Source: Lytechinus pictus (Eukaryota). Taken from it: a stretch of 60,000 nucleotides of DNA. Position numbers and translations under genes: made by a program. Within the stretch, counting starts at the first letter, position 1; each line of letters starts with the position of its first letter. Location of the stretch: the NCBI RefSeq assembly GCF_037042905.1, contig NC_087251.1, positions 8,744,001 through 8,804,000 of the forward strand, given 5' to 3'. Positions 14,331-28,099 of this stretch are shown here, piece by piece. The notes under the pieces were generated by a model. It saw nothing but the letters and a program-made list of their open reading frames with translations. It did not search any database and had not been told where the DNA came from.

Positions 14331-17300
14331 TGTCTAAAGAAAATACGTAAAAAGTAAAATGATACAAATTGACTCCGGCTAGTGAAAGGAGAACGAAAAT
14401 ATATGTATACAGTGAGAAAGTGAAATAAGATAAAATATTTCCACCACACATGCACAGTATAATGCTCACAGATAGCTATACAAAAACAGAATTCTAAAAG
14501 AAAAGGATTAGATATCAACAGAGATGGATTTGAATATAATAAAACGAAATGCATGATATATCACAGTGGGACCAAAAAAGAACTAAAAAATAGTTTTACA
14601 GCTCTTCATTTTAGAAGTTTTATTACATCACCAAAACATACCATGGGCTTATGACGTATACAAATAATATATGTAGAACCTTGCTGTTGAATTCGCTTGC
14701 TAAACAATATTTATGACATTCCGTACGCACTGAAATATGTTGGGCACCTTGCTTTCCGTCCAAAACAATCTTCATGATCTTGCCTTCTACCAGTGAGTGC
14801 AGGGAAAATCGAGGAAAACACAAACATTAATAATGTGATTCGACACCAAGACTACGCCACATGAATTCCATAAAGTAAATATTCCTTTAAAATTAAAGTA
14901 AAACCAGACACCTGTTGCTTTCCAAATATTATTGGGCAGATTGGTAGTGGAATCAGTAGTTTCTGCGGCTCCTATCTAAAACCATTCTACTTGCCAGATT
15001 TCATAAGATAAATTACTCCACTTTAATCCTTTATTCTTCTTAATGGTAATGATAGAGATATACCTTCCATGCCTAGGCTACTGATTATTACTTGGAGATA
15101 ACTAATACATTTTCAAAATACAAAATTATTGAATAATCGCATTGCTATATAGGACTGTACTTGAAATGTCATTGTTGATGAATGTAAACAAAGGACCCCT
15201 AAAAGGCTTATAAAAACTAATTTATTTCTACAAAACAAATGATTTGAATATGAAATGAAACAAGCAGCCAAATCAAAATGATAAAAAACACCACTGTATC
15301 AATATTTAGGTCACTATTTGCGCACATTTTTTTTCAGGTATATACCACGATTTGAAATTGGAAGATCATGATTTGTTAAAATAATTTTGATGATCCAGCC
15401 TTATCTATGCACTTTCTGTTTAACAAAATCTTATATATTCTTGCAATATCAATCACTCAACTTACATGAAAAACGTTGTATAATCTGGTATTATCTATTT
15501 CATCTTTCATTGCCGTCTCAGCGCAAGACGCATTTTAGTAAATCCGTCACCCCTGTCATTGGCAATCGAAACAACCGCAAAAAATAAACTGCGGTGGTCA
15601 TTCACTACCTGACCCAATTCTGTGCCAAAAACACTCACTTTTCAAGCATTCCAACAATGTCAAACGTCACCCCTGAAAGTCAAGTTGCGATGGCTTTATA
15701 ATCCGATGCCACACTCTCTCCGAGATGTGGTTTTATTTGTCTACTCGGACAAGTTAAGAAAGCAACCAAGAATTAGCAGTGTCAAGAAGATGCTCTCCTT
15801 TGGAAAAAAAAGAAGAGTAAGGATATGACAGAAAAATAGACAAAGGGAGAAAAGAAATTTCAATAGAATAAAATATAGTGTGAGGTGAGGTGGGGTGTGT
15901 GTTTGTGGGGGGGGGGGTGGTGAAAAAACCCAGCCAAATGCAGGAAAGAAAAATCAGAAGATGGACTGAATTAATGACCAAACGCCTGATAGGAGCGAAG
16001 TTTGCAAGCTTGTCAAAATGCCTTATTTTTTAAATCGAGAATTAACTTCTTGCCTCAAAATCATATTGATCCGTCAAGCTATGAATGATTGAGCACACAT
16101 TATTCGGAAAAATATAACTTTTCAAAGTCACAAGGAGCAACTGGAATATTTTTTCATTTAGAATGTTGGCAAAGTCTTTGTTTAAAAGGTCATTTGACAT
16201 AACATTTGATGTATTTTTGTGTTTAGATTTTCCACTTCTTACCGTTCGTATGAATTGATGCTGTGGTTATTAATATAGATTTTAGAGCCCCCATTCAATT
16301 TCCCTTTCTCTCTGTTTAGTAATAATCACTGGGTTTTTTAATTGTTCATATACACACGGAGTGAGCTTATGTCAGATAGGCAAATGGTGTCGTGATGATG
16401 TCAATGTAAATTGTTATTAACGTTACCTGACACTTGTGTTTTTGACACAATTCAACAAAGAACACCTTTTGCATGTATTATAACAATAACACAGTTTACA
16501 GAAAAACCACAACTTTTTGGTAAACACAACGCAAGAGATAAAAAAAAATCAGTTTGGAAGGTGAGATGTAGAAATGTCACTGTCATGTTTGACAAGATCA
16601 AATCCAGAGTGACTATTTTGAGAGGCCAATGCTTGGAGTGATTCAGGTGTGATCCTCAGACATCAGACGTCTTGGCGGTTCGTCTTTGCTTCTCACCTTA
16701 TAGGGCACAAAGAACTCAAGAAACAAAACTCGGTTATGATTATGGTATATTTGGCAGAAATCCATACCTGAGGCAACGATTTGCCAAAATGTAAACATAA
16801 AAACTTTCAGTTGCTCAGTATCTAGATCCGTCAAGCCCTCCCGTAAAGCCCGTGAAAAGGGGGTGACATTATTTTTGCTGTCTAGGCTACGCTACCAATG
16901 ATTAGTATAAATTATTTATCAATGAAATTCAATTAAAACCTTGAAAGTATTTTTGATTCTGAGCAAAGTTCTTGTTAAACAATGTTTGAAAACCAGAGTC
17001 GTATCTGAAATATGTGGTTTGATTTCGATTAATTTTGTTCTATTTATTCATTTATCTCCCCACCTTCGTCTCAAATGATTGATTTATTGTAGGCATACTC
17101 CTGTATAAGTCATTTTCATTATTAACTCAATAACTTTGTCATCGAGCAATTCAAACTTTGAAGACATTGAGAACCATGCATAGACTTGTCAAATAAGTAT
17201 TCCTTTGCCATACATGCTTCTTCATCGTACTGATATTATTGCTATTACAGAAATCTGTCGTATTCTTTGTAACACCTGACTTTACCACTTTCAGATATTG

Positions 17301-18807
17301 TGGGTGTGGGTATAGGTGCATGTTGAGGATAAGTCAGGTATGTTGCAGTGCATGGTTTGAGAATGTGTGTGTGTGTGGACGTGTGTTAATGAGGTCGTGA
17401 TAGGGTGCATAAGGGTGTGTGCCAAAGGTGTGTGCGCGTGTGTGTGGTATTTTGTGGGGGTACATGTGTGCTTGTGTGAATGATGTGGTCTTTACCGAAA
17501 GACATAAAAGTCTTGAATTTTATCACCTGAACTGCATTTTCCCCTTGAGCAATGCATTTTTCTACATTGATCAATTATCGAATATCTAATAAGCTAATAA
17601 GTAAAAATTATGCAGGTAAATATTAGTATTAACGTATAATAGTATGTGGGTGTATAGCATACAATTTGGTTAATGAATTTGAAATACCATTTGAGTGAAT
17701 ATTTTTTAATTCAGAAATTGATAACACCCCCCCCCAAAAAAAAAAAAAAAAAATGAGAAGATCGGAGGAAAATTCCTCGTTTCTAATTTTATTTCATATA
17801 GACAATACACGGCCGATTATACACTCGAGTACAGACAAACATGTTTACGATTCTGTTATGCGTCATTTAAAGATCACTATGTCTGGACAAAAGAATTCCT
17901 CAAATAAACAAAAGTATGAACATAATAAGAATGGTTTGTACTCAGTAAATCCACACAAAAATGACATCTTGTATCGACCTCATAATCATGATAATGAAGC
18001 GGTGAGGAATACTTAAGTAAAAGTATTATTTTGAAGAAAGATTTATCATTGTTCTTTGAGTTTATAAAAACACTGCCCATGAACCATTTTCATCTGGCTC
18101 TCTTTAGAGATTCTGAATCCAACAACAGCAACAAATCAAAATATGGTCCTAAGTATTGCCACCATCATAACCATGGTAATCAATTCGGTGCAGTAAGATT
18201 ATCCCAGTGGTTTTTATCTTTCTTGATTGAGTCTCTTCTGGACCAAGCTGGATTGCGAACTTGATATTCGCAATGATACATTTATGGGACAAGTTGGATG
18301 TATTTACGGTGTCTTATTGCTTGCATTTGCCCATAGTGGTCACGGTATCTTATTGAAGTTATGAATCATCATTTTTATGCTTTCATATATTCCTTACGCT
18401 GATGACATATTTAGAAGAAATAGAACAATAATATCGTCTTGGGTGAAAGTGATGATTATAATGAACAGGAAGTTAAAAGTGACAGAAAAAAATCATTATA
18501 ATAGACAAATATGTCCTACGTGTTTTAAGTTCAAGAAAAACTGTATATGCACCAATAGTATTTGTGTAAATGTCGTTCATTTTCTAATTCTTTCGAACTA
18601 ATGCATGTATTGATAATAAAGAATAATAATATACTAGGACTTGAAGTACACATGTTAACGACAAACCCTTGTTTGTCCAAACTAGTATAGCTCGAATGCT
18701 TCCATTACATGTATATAGACGGCACTTACTCAATTCATATCTGACAGGAGAACTTTGATAGGATTGTTCTATTGTGATTTCCCCCCTGTTTTGATATGAA
18801 ATAAAAT

Positions 18808-19020
18808 ATTTTTTTTTATTTTTTCATTTGTTAAACCCTTCCACAGGGGTCCTTTATTGAAATCACTATAATACATATTTTTTTACAATACATGATTGAA
18901 TAATTAACACAGTATATGACACACAAGTTGAATATGTACAATACAATATTCCATGAAATTGTCGTAACATTTGTATAAAAAAGCAAAATCAAAGTGCAAA
19001 GGAAAGAAAAAATCCATACA

Positions 19021-19056
<36 letters not shown>

Positions 19057-19790
19057 TTTAGAATGATATCTGAGAGACTTAATGTAATAAAGTAAAAGAT
19101 GACCACCTTTTTATGAATTTCTTCTCTTTCAGATTTGTTTTATATATATACTTTTCCATACCATAATAAGATTTCATTTCAGACAAAATATGGTCGAAAA
19201 CTGGAAAACAGTATTTGCATTTTGCTGCAAAAATTTATTTTCTAACGATTATAAAAATATAATTAAGAGCACCATTGTTGTTTCCGTAAAAAACCGAATA
19301 GTTTATTTTGGTTTGAAATTTTGATATGCAAATTGTTACGAGAAAACCAAATTTCGAGTTGAGACCATATTTCGTTTGTGTGGGCACAAGAACAAAAAAT
19401 ATGCATAATAGTTTCTTTATAATTATAACAAAAGGTACATAAGTTATCTGTAACCAATTTAAATCGCAACAAAGCATCTTTCATATAAATAATTATATTC
19501 ACTATTTTGAACTGAAACCATCTCATGTTGACATCTGCAGTTGAATAAAAAGGTATTTAATAGTAGAACCTCCATATCGTGACGTCAAAGTCAAACGTCT
19601 GTTTCCATCTGAAATAAAAGATGTTGATACTCTTTGCAAATTGAGCTACAGCACATTTTCGACATAAAACTGAGCTGTTTTATTTCATTTTTCTGAATAG
19701 TAATTCATTTTTTTTAATCACCGACATACTAAAGACATATTAGTGAAAAATCAAATACTGATACCGAATATTGTGTGAAAGTGCTCGCAA
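18808..19790 (-). mobile_element. 5'-truncated L1/Tx1-clade LINE: ORF2 C-terminal zinc-binding region, 3' UTR and A-rich tail
   Basis: ORF 19263-19526 RWFQFKIVN..CTFC..KETIMHIFCSCAHTNEIW matches the zf-RVT pattern CxxC-x-ETxxHxFxxC; A-rich tail at ~18808-18825 on minus. Confidence 0.8.
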
Positions 19791-19799
19791 ATAGGTCTG

Positions 19800-20170
19800 A
19801 TGGTCTGATGCTGCCCCAGTGATCTTGATATTTTCTTCTCAGATACAGTCTTTAACTAACATCAATATCTCATCAGCTTGGCCCGAATTTCCAATCGTCT
19901 TGATATGCAATGAGCCTTCCCAAGTGGCTGTTTGCTTTCTCTACCTTCAATGTTTATGCGTGGGACTGAAGAGAGTGGCTAACATTCAGATTATCACACT
20001 CTTACTGCAACATCCAGCCAATCATCATCATTAATTACGACTTGACAAAGATATTCTTCCCTTTTCCCCAGAGCTTTGCTTCCGTATATAAGCTACGTAT
20101 TTACGTGTATATGTCAGGATAAAACGATGTGAGCTTAAAGCCCGTGTTCATCATTTTGATGAATACCCCC
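19800..20170 (-). mobile_element. Decayed RTE-like LINE fragment
   Basis: Weak minus-strand LYGSEAW-like (YGSKAL) and LRWxGH-like remnants. Confidence 0.3.
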
Positions 20171-21609
20171 ATCTGAATTTCTTTTTTGTCTGGCGCAGAA
20201 TTTATGCCATATTCTGTGTCAGATCTTTATTTGTTTCCTAATAATGTGAATAGTGAAAGTATAACGACTAAGGATTGGGATTATCATTTATATCAGTCGT
20301 GATTGCTGTCTTTTTAGGCTATATGAATCCTTTTTTTTCTGTTTCTCGCAAAGAAAAATGATTTTAGAAACTTGAGATCGAAACTTTTCCTTTTAGACAA
20401 TGATGCTGATGTGGTTACAGGTTTGAAATGAAAATTTAACATTCGCAATGCCATGACCACACAACAGCGCTTAACTATATCCTATGAAATAATGTGGCGC
20501 CATTATGTTGTCATACACGCGCGATTACTAAGGTCTAAACGTGATGCCTTTAAGTCCTTTCATCATCGATCATCAATGATATAGGAATAATATATTGAAA
20601 GGACGCATCGGTGTTACAGCTTCCATTGGTGCCCATTGTATTGGCCGATCTCCTATATCTGTTATCAGAGCCTTGAATCCGATGGGGTATTGATTTCAAG
20701 TCTTCAAGTGGATCTTTTTTTTTGGGGGGGGGGCGCCACTTTCAATAAAGATGCCCCATATGCAAGCATGGAAGTTTGTTTATAAAACGGCACTTTTACA
20801 AAACTGGAAATAATAATCGAAATGCGTTTCTTTGTACCATCTTAAACTAATAACAGACGTTGCGATAATTAAAGGAATACTTCGTCTGTTTCGTCACTGG
20901 GACTAACCCGTCAGTCAACCAGAAATATAAATATATTTTCCCTTTACTTTTAGTCCTCGAGCAAATATTGCGTTTGCTACGCTCTGTTACATCTTAAAAC
21001 TCACAAACCCACATCCCCCATGGAATGAGAATATCTTCTGGTCATCCATGCCACATATTTGACAGCATTTTTAGCCTGTCACATCATAACCATTCACCTT
21101 ACTTCAACTCGATAAGAGGAATTCGGTGTTAAGTGTGCCATGTTTATTTGGGTTGCTATCAAGGGGCACCGACGCTAATACACCTCATATTACTTTCTTC
21201 GAGACGTAGTTTGGTTAGCGGTACGATGCGATAAGCTCTCCCACATCATCTTGAGATTACAAGTTGGTGAGATGTGAGCAAAGCGTTTCGAAAATTAAAG
21301 AAATCCCACACCGCTGGGGGGATTGTGATATTATTACAATGCTTTTTCTTTTTATCTCCCCCATGATTGTGTATTGTTAGCTACTTTGTCTGATTGTTAC
21401 TATAAAAAGATGTGAAGAAAGCCAATAAAACATAACGGAGAAATAGACAAACATATCAACCAACCTAAACACACACACATGCACACACACACTCACTCAC
21501 CCACACCCACAACAACCACACAACGCATCCTCCCACATTGCTCCTTGCGTTCACACCCACATACACACCCTCTCATATCTAACACACTACACACACACAC
21601 ACCTACACC

Positions 21610-21800
21610 CATTGGCGGATCCGGGTGGGGGGGGGGCACAGCCGGCCCGTTCCCCCCCCCCCTTTGGTGCCTTCATCAAATTTTGTAATGTACCGTTGTT
21701 GCTCAAGTGTGCCCCCCCTTTGAAAGTGAGGATTTTTTTTCTTGTCAAATTTTCATCGGGTAAATGTGCCCCCCCCTGGAGAATCCTGGCTCCGCCCCTG
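21610..21800. mobile_element. hAT-type MITE with 8-bp TSD
   Basis: TIRs CATTGGCGGATCC / GGCTCCGCCCCTG; perfect CCTACACC duplication at 21602-21609 and 21801-21808. Confidence 0.85.
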
Positions 21801-21894
21801 CCTACACCCTGCTACAACCATACCCACGCACGCACGCACGGACGGACGGACCCTCACCCTTACACATGCATCCTCACCCCAACACGCAACCTCA

Positions 21895-21935
21895 GTCTTA
21901 CCATGGACCTATTCGTAATAGGTCCATGGTCTTAC
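21895..21935. mobile_element. 27-bp palindromic transposon remnant with 7-bp TSD (P/Galileo-like)
   Basis: GTCTTAC-[CATGGACCTATTCGTAATAGGTCCATG]-GTCTTAC. Confidence 0.65.
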
Positions 21936-23079
21936 GCACGTCCCATACTCCATACACACATACACAAGGATTGGGTGGAGAAAGAGATTAATTTTGAAAT
22001 AGGTTTCTATATAAGGGAAAAATGTATTCAAGATAGTTGCTGAAGGAAAGGGGCGGTGGAGAAAGGGTGGCAGAGGCGTACTTATCACCTATCTGTATAA
22101 AATAACATGACCTGAAATTCTCTTCATGTTTTAGATGAAATTTGATAATTTCTTACTCGGTGAAGTGAGCAGTATTAGGACACGGTCAGAGAGCATCATA
22201 ATTGACAAAGAGATAAACATGTCCCATGTTTGAAGTTCATGAGCAAATAGCAGCCCTTCCTCTTCACTTTTATGATCATCGAGAGAGTCCCAATTTGGTG
22301 GCTAATATTGCATTTTATTTATATAAACAAGGCGGAGTTTTATTTGAGTTCTACAGAAGTGCCATTTTTTCGGGGAGTCCTTGTTGGGTGAGGGGTATGA
22401 TACGAACCACCTGGAGCTCCATCGAATCTCTAGGGTCCCATTGACGGGAGCGCTCCCCGCTAATCACATCGGCCTCCGCTGAAGTCATGGTCCCATCAGG
22501 GGCTCATGGATGCGTGCGAGACAAGGGATAATGGATGTCCATTTTCTTATTGGGGCGACGTGGCGGGTTTATGAGGCGACAAAAGTAGCTAGCAGGTTGG
22601 CTCACGACAGCACTTTGGACAAAGATATCAAGTAAATCATCGTTCGGTGTAAAATAAATAACGATAATCAATGATTTATGGAAGAATGTCTCACCATTGG
22701 TGTAAACAATATTCTCATTCATTGTAGCCTCAGAGGTCATGTAAAAAAAACTGTTTTAAGAGAACGTCGTATCGATCCACTGTTTTTAATGCATTTATTT
22801 ATTTGTTTACCTATCCAAGAAGGTTTTTTGTCATTCCTCTGACACCTATCTTTCTAGTTGCAAACTATACCTTTCTTTAAATATAAATATGAACACTATA
22901 ATTAATGTGTTTATTTTAGTTATACGTGCGTTCATGAAGTTATTTCATTTAGCGCAGCTATTATTTGTTGAAATAATAGGTGATACCGGAAGACATCACA
23001 TTTCAATGTACGGGAGTGGGGGCAGCTATATAAACACGATGAAATAACGAAGTATGTCCCCCGTCACGGAAAGAAAATG

Positions 23080-23173
23080 ATAATCAAACTAAATGAAGAA
23101 TAGTCAAAGAATGCTCAAATATTCCACTTTATATTTGAGCATTCTTTGACTATTCTTCATTTAGTTTGATTAT
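23080..23173. repeat. Perfect inverted repeat, 43-bp arms, 8-nt loop
   Basis: 23080-23122 is the exact reverse complement of 23131-23173. Confidence 0.9.
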
Positions 23174-23211
<38 letters not shown>

Positions 23212-24509
23212 GTATGTTTATGTGATATTTTTTTACTGAATATTTTTTTCAACTTAATATGCCTATTTTTCAGCGGATTTCCTTGTGTGTTTGATCGATT
23301 TGATTTGACCTTCAAAATCTATGACAAAATGAGGTATATATATATATTTCAAATTTTCCGAGATATTGCACCACGTCCAAATTTAATTTCATTCATGCCT
23401 GTACGCATATATTTTTTTCGGGGGGGGGGGTGGGGCAAGACGTATAAAAATCGAAAGCGAGGAACAACAATATTGTGAAAATCTGAGCCATGCGTTGAAT
23501 ATGTCATGGGGGCGCTTTTGTATTTTGTAAATTGAATGATTTCGTACACACACTTTTGGTGAATTTTGTGAAAATTTTCTGTTGGTTTTCGAAATTTCTA
23601 GTGGAGGGGGCAACTGCCTCCCTGATCTCTTTCTCTCTCTCTCTTTTTTATTTATTTTTCTCTTTCCCTTTCTCGATACCATTTTCAAGTCTCTCGCCGA
23701 TGTTGACCAGCTTCAATCTGACCCACTTCAAACAGCTACGAATGGGAGATCGCGGTCATGGGTCATTGTTGAAGCGAAACCAGATGGCGCACTTTCATAC
23801 AACGAGAAGGAAATCTTTTCAGAAGTCAATCAACCCTTTTCAATCCGATCTACCATGGAGCACAGATAAAGATGCACTGGACTACGTACTCTAAAAAGGG
23901 CAGAACGAAATAAAATATATAGGATGCCCCGCATGAATATAAATCCAAATCAAGCAAAACCATAAAATTATGTAAAAAATAAATGAATAAAATAAAAATG
24001 AAAGGAGATTGATTTAAAATGAAGTATATTGCATGTATGAGATGATAATAACCCTTTCCTATATACCAATATAAAACAATTGTTAATAGATGTTTTAAAT
24101 GATATTACGAATACAAGTAAAACTAAGTTTGTTTGTTAGATTTCATGATTGCCTGTGCGAAGACGATTATAAACTTGTGTTGGAGAACGCAGAACAAAAA
24201 AATGGCAAGATTGAAAAGTGAAAAATATATATTTACGATTTGTACTTTTGATCGAGGCTGAATCTCTAATCCTTTTTTTATAATACGAGAGGCGATTATA
24301 AATCATATTGAAGATATAAAACCGAGCTGGGGCATGACCCTCTATTACGGAAGAGTTAAACAAATTACGTACCATAAATCTCAAACAACACATATTGTAC
24401 TGGACCAGCAGATTGTCTGACAAACTCGATTTATGAACAATCGGTTTCGATTTGGACTTTTTTGGGTGTGTGTATACATTAGTCATTATGAGATGAGGAG
24501 TAAATGGGT

Positions 24510-24512
<3 letters not shown>

Positions 24513-24568
<56 letters not shown>

Positions 24569-24620
24569 GGAGAGGGGAAGAAAGAGAGAGAGAGGGGGGT
24601 GGAGGGGAGAGAGGGAGAGG
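24513..24620. repeat. (GA)n microsatellite and polypurine tract
   Basis: Visible run. Confidence 0.9.
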
Positions 24621-25379
24621 GGGCAAAGGGCCAGAATGCTGGAAAAAGAAAGACGGATATAAAAAGACGGATAAAGAAAGGGGAAGATCTGCATGTTTAT
24701 AGATAGGACCTTGCGTTATGATTTCACAATTTCTCTCTCAAGGAATGGAGGCTATTTGATATTTTCGCTTTGTAGTTAGGTGAGGGTCTCCAGAGCTCCT
24801 GTTCAGAAAAAATAGAATGAATGTGATACTTTACATAAGCTTTGTATATTATACCGAAAATGATTATCAAAGGCTCTATACCAAATGTAAAACTCAAAAT
24901 AAATGTTATTTTCAAATGTAAAGACTGAAGACAGAAATAGACATTTCCCGAAAACTATTTAAAAAATTGAAGTACTGTAATGTAAACATCTACGATTATT
25001 TTTTCCGCACAAGAACAATATGACTTTCTAATATGTGCACATTAATATAGAATGATAAGAAATTAAATTCATCATACCCCGATGTGAAATTTGGATAGAC
25101 ATCGAGTGAAAATTTAAATTTTAAAATTCTTCCATCCCCATAAACATGATAAAAGAAAAAGTATAAATTCAGAAGTTGTTATGTCTGAAGGCTATTTTTC
25201 TAGTGAGTATTATGACAATGTTGTTGATAGCTTTACAATCACAGGCTTAATAATATTTGGAAGAAGATGCAATGCTTCTGATGCTCGAGTGTCGCTAAAT
25301 GCGAACATAAATGTCAAGTTCACCTCAGAGCTGACAATTTCATCAAACTCTGAAAATAAGGAAATCATTACATAATACA

Positions 25380-25737
25380 GTTTTGTTTAATTTTACAAAC
25401 AAAAAAAAATCAAGAAAGGTGTCAGACGCTCACTCTGTCTTTTCTATTATATCAAATAAAATATGACAAATTTGATTTCCTGCATCGTTATGATTAAATC
25501 TAAAAAATTAAAATATTCGATCTTTCATAATGATAAAATACAAAAAGGAAATGAGTGACTATATCGAAAAACTCGTTTGCAGATTATTATTTTATGATAT
25601 TAACCCAAAAATTTAAACTGTCATAATTGCTTTATTTATAATCCTTATTTGATTAGATTTAAGTGTTATGCTTTAAAGATTTTTTGTTTTCTTTTAAATC
25701 AGACTATACCTGTGGCAGTGGTGGACTTGGCCTTTAA
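25380..25737. mobile_element. Decayed Kolobok-like MITE fragment related to 36294-36878
   Basis: Ends GGTGGACTTGGCCTTTAA, like the right end of the 36294-36878 element; similar internal AT-rich blocks. Confidence 0.5.
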
Positions 25738-26210
25738 CTAAAAACGTTTTAAAAACGTAAGGAAGTAAAGAAAGTTAATTAATTATCATTCCCAGGTATT
25801 GCTAAATGCTGTTTGTTCAAATCTTCGGATGAACATGACTCTTTCGCATGGTGAGTTAAACGAAATCCCTAATTACAGTGTCAAGAAACGGGCCTGATTT
25901 ATACCCGGGTCTGGTTTTGGCGGACCAGAACCAAATATGTGTACATTAGAGCGATACTCATGTCGCCTTCTCGTGGCCTGGGTCACCCCGCTCTCCCGTA
26001 GTGTTGGTAAATAGATAAGAAGTAGTCATGACAAGTCAACAAATCACGGTTGAAATATTGAAGCTTGACAGAAGGTGGGAGAAAGAGGGATGAGGAAGAT
26101 TTGAGGGATAGGACATGATAGAAAAGAGAAGTCTAGTTTAGATGTAAATACCATGTTACCACGGTTATTCTGTTAAGGTGTAGTCGATAGCGTATGAGTA
26201 CCAAAAAAAG

Positions 26211-26366
26211 ACATGGCGTACGAGCTAAATTTTCTACAAAGAAGTTGCGAGAAAGCGAAAGCGAGATTTTTTAGATAGATTTTGACATAATATCCAAAGA
26301 AAGATATCATGTTTCACCCTTTTCCCCTATCATTTCTTTCCCTTTTCCTCCTTTTTTTCTTGGTGG

Positions 26367-26405
<39 letters not shown>

Positions 26406-26447
26406 GGGGGGGGGGCATGGTCCTTAAGCCCCCATCTGTACGCCGGT
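26211..26447. mobile_element. hAT-like MITE (CAGTGGCGTAC-type termini); related copy ends at ~29371
   Basis: CATGGCGTAC...GTACGCCGGTG termini. Internal tttcttt/ggggcatgg/aagcccc pattern shared with ~29110-29371, which ends GTACGCCAGTG. Confidence 0.5.
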
Positions 26448-28056
26448 GGGTGTAGTAAAGAAGCGATAATTGGGAGAGTCAAACTATGAGACGGACACTA
26501 CATGCACTAGATGACTCGTGTGCCTTTTTTTATAGTTCGTTTATTGAGGCCCTATATATATATACACACATATTAGTAGTCATCGACAGCAGGATTTCCA
26601 AATGAATTGACAGAATATTAGAATGTTGCAAGAACTAAGATTTATTTAAAAAAAGATTTGAAAAGCACCAACCTCTCATTCTATCCTCTTTTTTTCTAAC
26701 CGAAAACGTCTGACAACTTCAAGAAATGAAGCAATCGCTCAAAAAAAGGGAAAAGTAAAAAACGGAGCAGTATGGGGAGATTTGGGGGCACGTTCCACCT
26801 TTGCCAACAACCTCCCCAAACCAGCACATTTGTACTGATTCAAGTACCCAAACTTAGTAACCATGGTAACTGAAAAACTACTTTGTTAAATACTTTTATC
26901 ATTACAATTATTACTTATGTGTATTATAAACAGAAAGTCCGTTGAGAACAAAAAATGGGTTGTCAACATTTTATTTCCAATCCTCTTATCTTTGTTTTAC
27001 TGCCATGATTATTTATATCAGAAAGTAAAATACGTTTCTTTGTAAAATATATAATATCGTATCTTACGTTGAATCTTTGTCCTTTTTTATCTATGGTGTT
27101 GATTTTCTTTTGTAAATGAAGCAAGAAGTGCGTATGTCACATTACATATTAACGCATCACCGTTATCTATTGTATATAAACATACAAGAGCATTCATTAC
27201 ACGAGCTTGGTTTCACGTTTAGGAGGCTTGCTAGACGATGTCTCATTACTCTTGGTGTAATAAAGTGTCAGCATAGATGTGAATGCGTCTTGTCAAAGCA
27301 TCATTCGTTAACATTTTTTCCTTTATTCTTAATAACCCTGTCTCGACATGAATTCACTACGTTTTGTGGCACTAACTTTTATGACTTTTTGTGATAACGA
27401 CTCGAACATAACATCGTGACGACATCTTTCTGTATCAGCAATAACTCAACTTCTCTTTCAGGTCTTCTTGTGTTCTCGCTCATTATATTTTTATCCCGAT
27501 GGAACTGGAATCAATTTTATCAGTAAGGCAGCAGTAGATATTTGATACTTGTTTTGTGTAAATCATGTAGCGCGCCAGTTTCCTCATTTTTAAACATTAG
27601 TCAATTTTGATAACGCGGCATCAACGTAACAGAAACCAGGATGTACGCTGCCAACCGAATACAGGGAACATGAAGAAAATAGAATATTGCTCGCATTATA
27701 TACGCTCGATGGTGCCTTTCACAGAGTCACAAAGCAAATCAGAGCTAAAAGTATATTGGGAACTGATATGAAATATCTTTTTCATTACCCGTCCCAATGT
27801 GCAACTTAATGTCATAATTTTTAGCAAATTAATTTCAATGTATAAGTGAGAAATTGTGCAAGAAAACAAAAACAAAAAAACCTGAATATCTAACAAACTG
27901 TCTTGTCACTCTAGTGTATATTGAATGAAGTAATTGCAACGTACATACTACAATTTCCTTATATGCACTTCAGCTTATTCCCTGACTATTGATGAGGAAA
28001 TGGAAATTATGAGAAGAATGAGATGGAGAAAGAGAATAAGTAGGAAAGTCAAAGAA

Positions 28057-28099
28057 TGATGATGATGATGATGATGATGAGAAGAAGAAGAAGAAGAAG
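28057..28099. repeat. Compound (GAT)n(GAA)n microsatellite
   Basis: Visible run. Confidence 0.9.

Noticed and set aside
21479..24702. ORFs rich in HT, RE, SL or PP
   Set aside because: Translations of CA, GA and poly-G/C simple repeats and MITE sequence.
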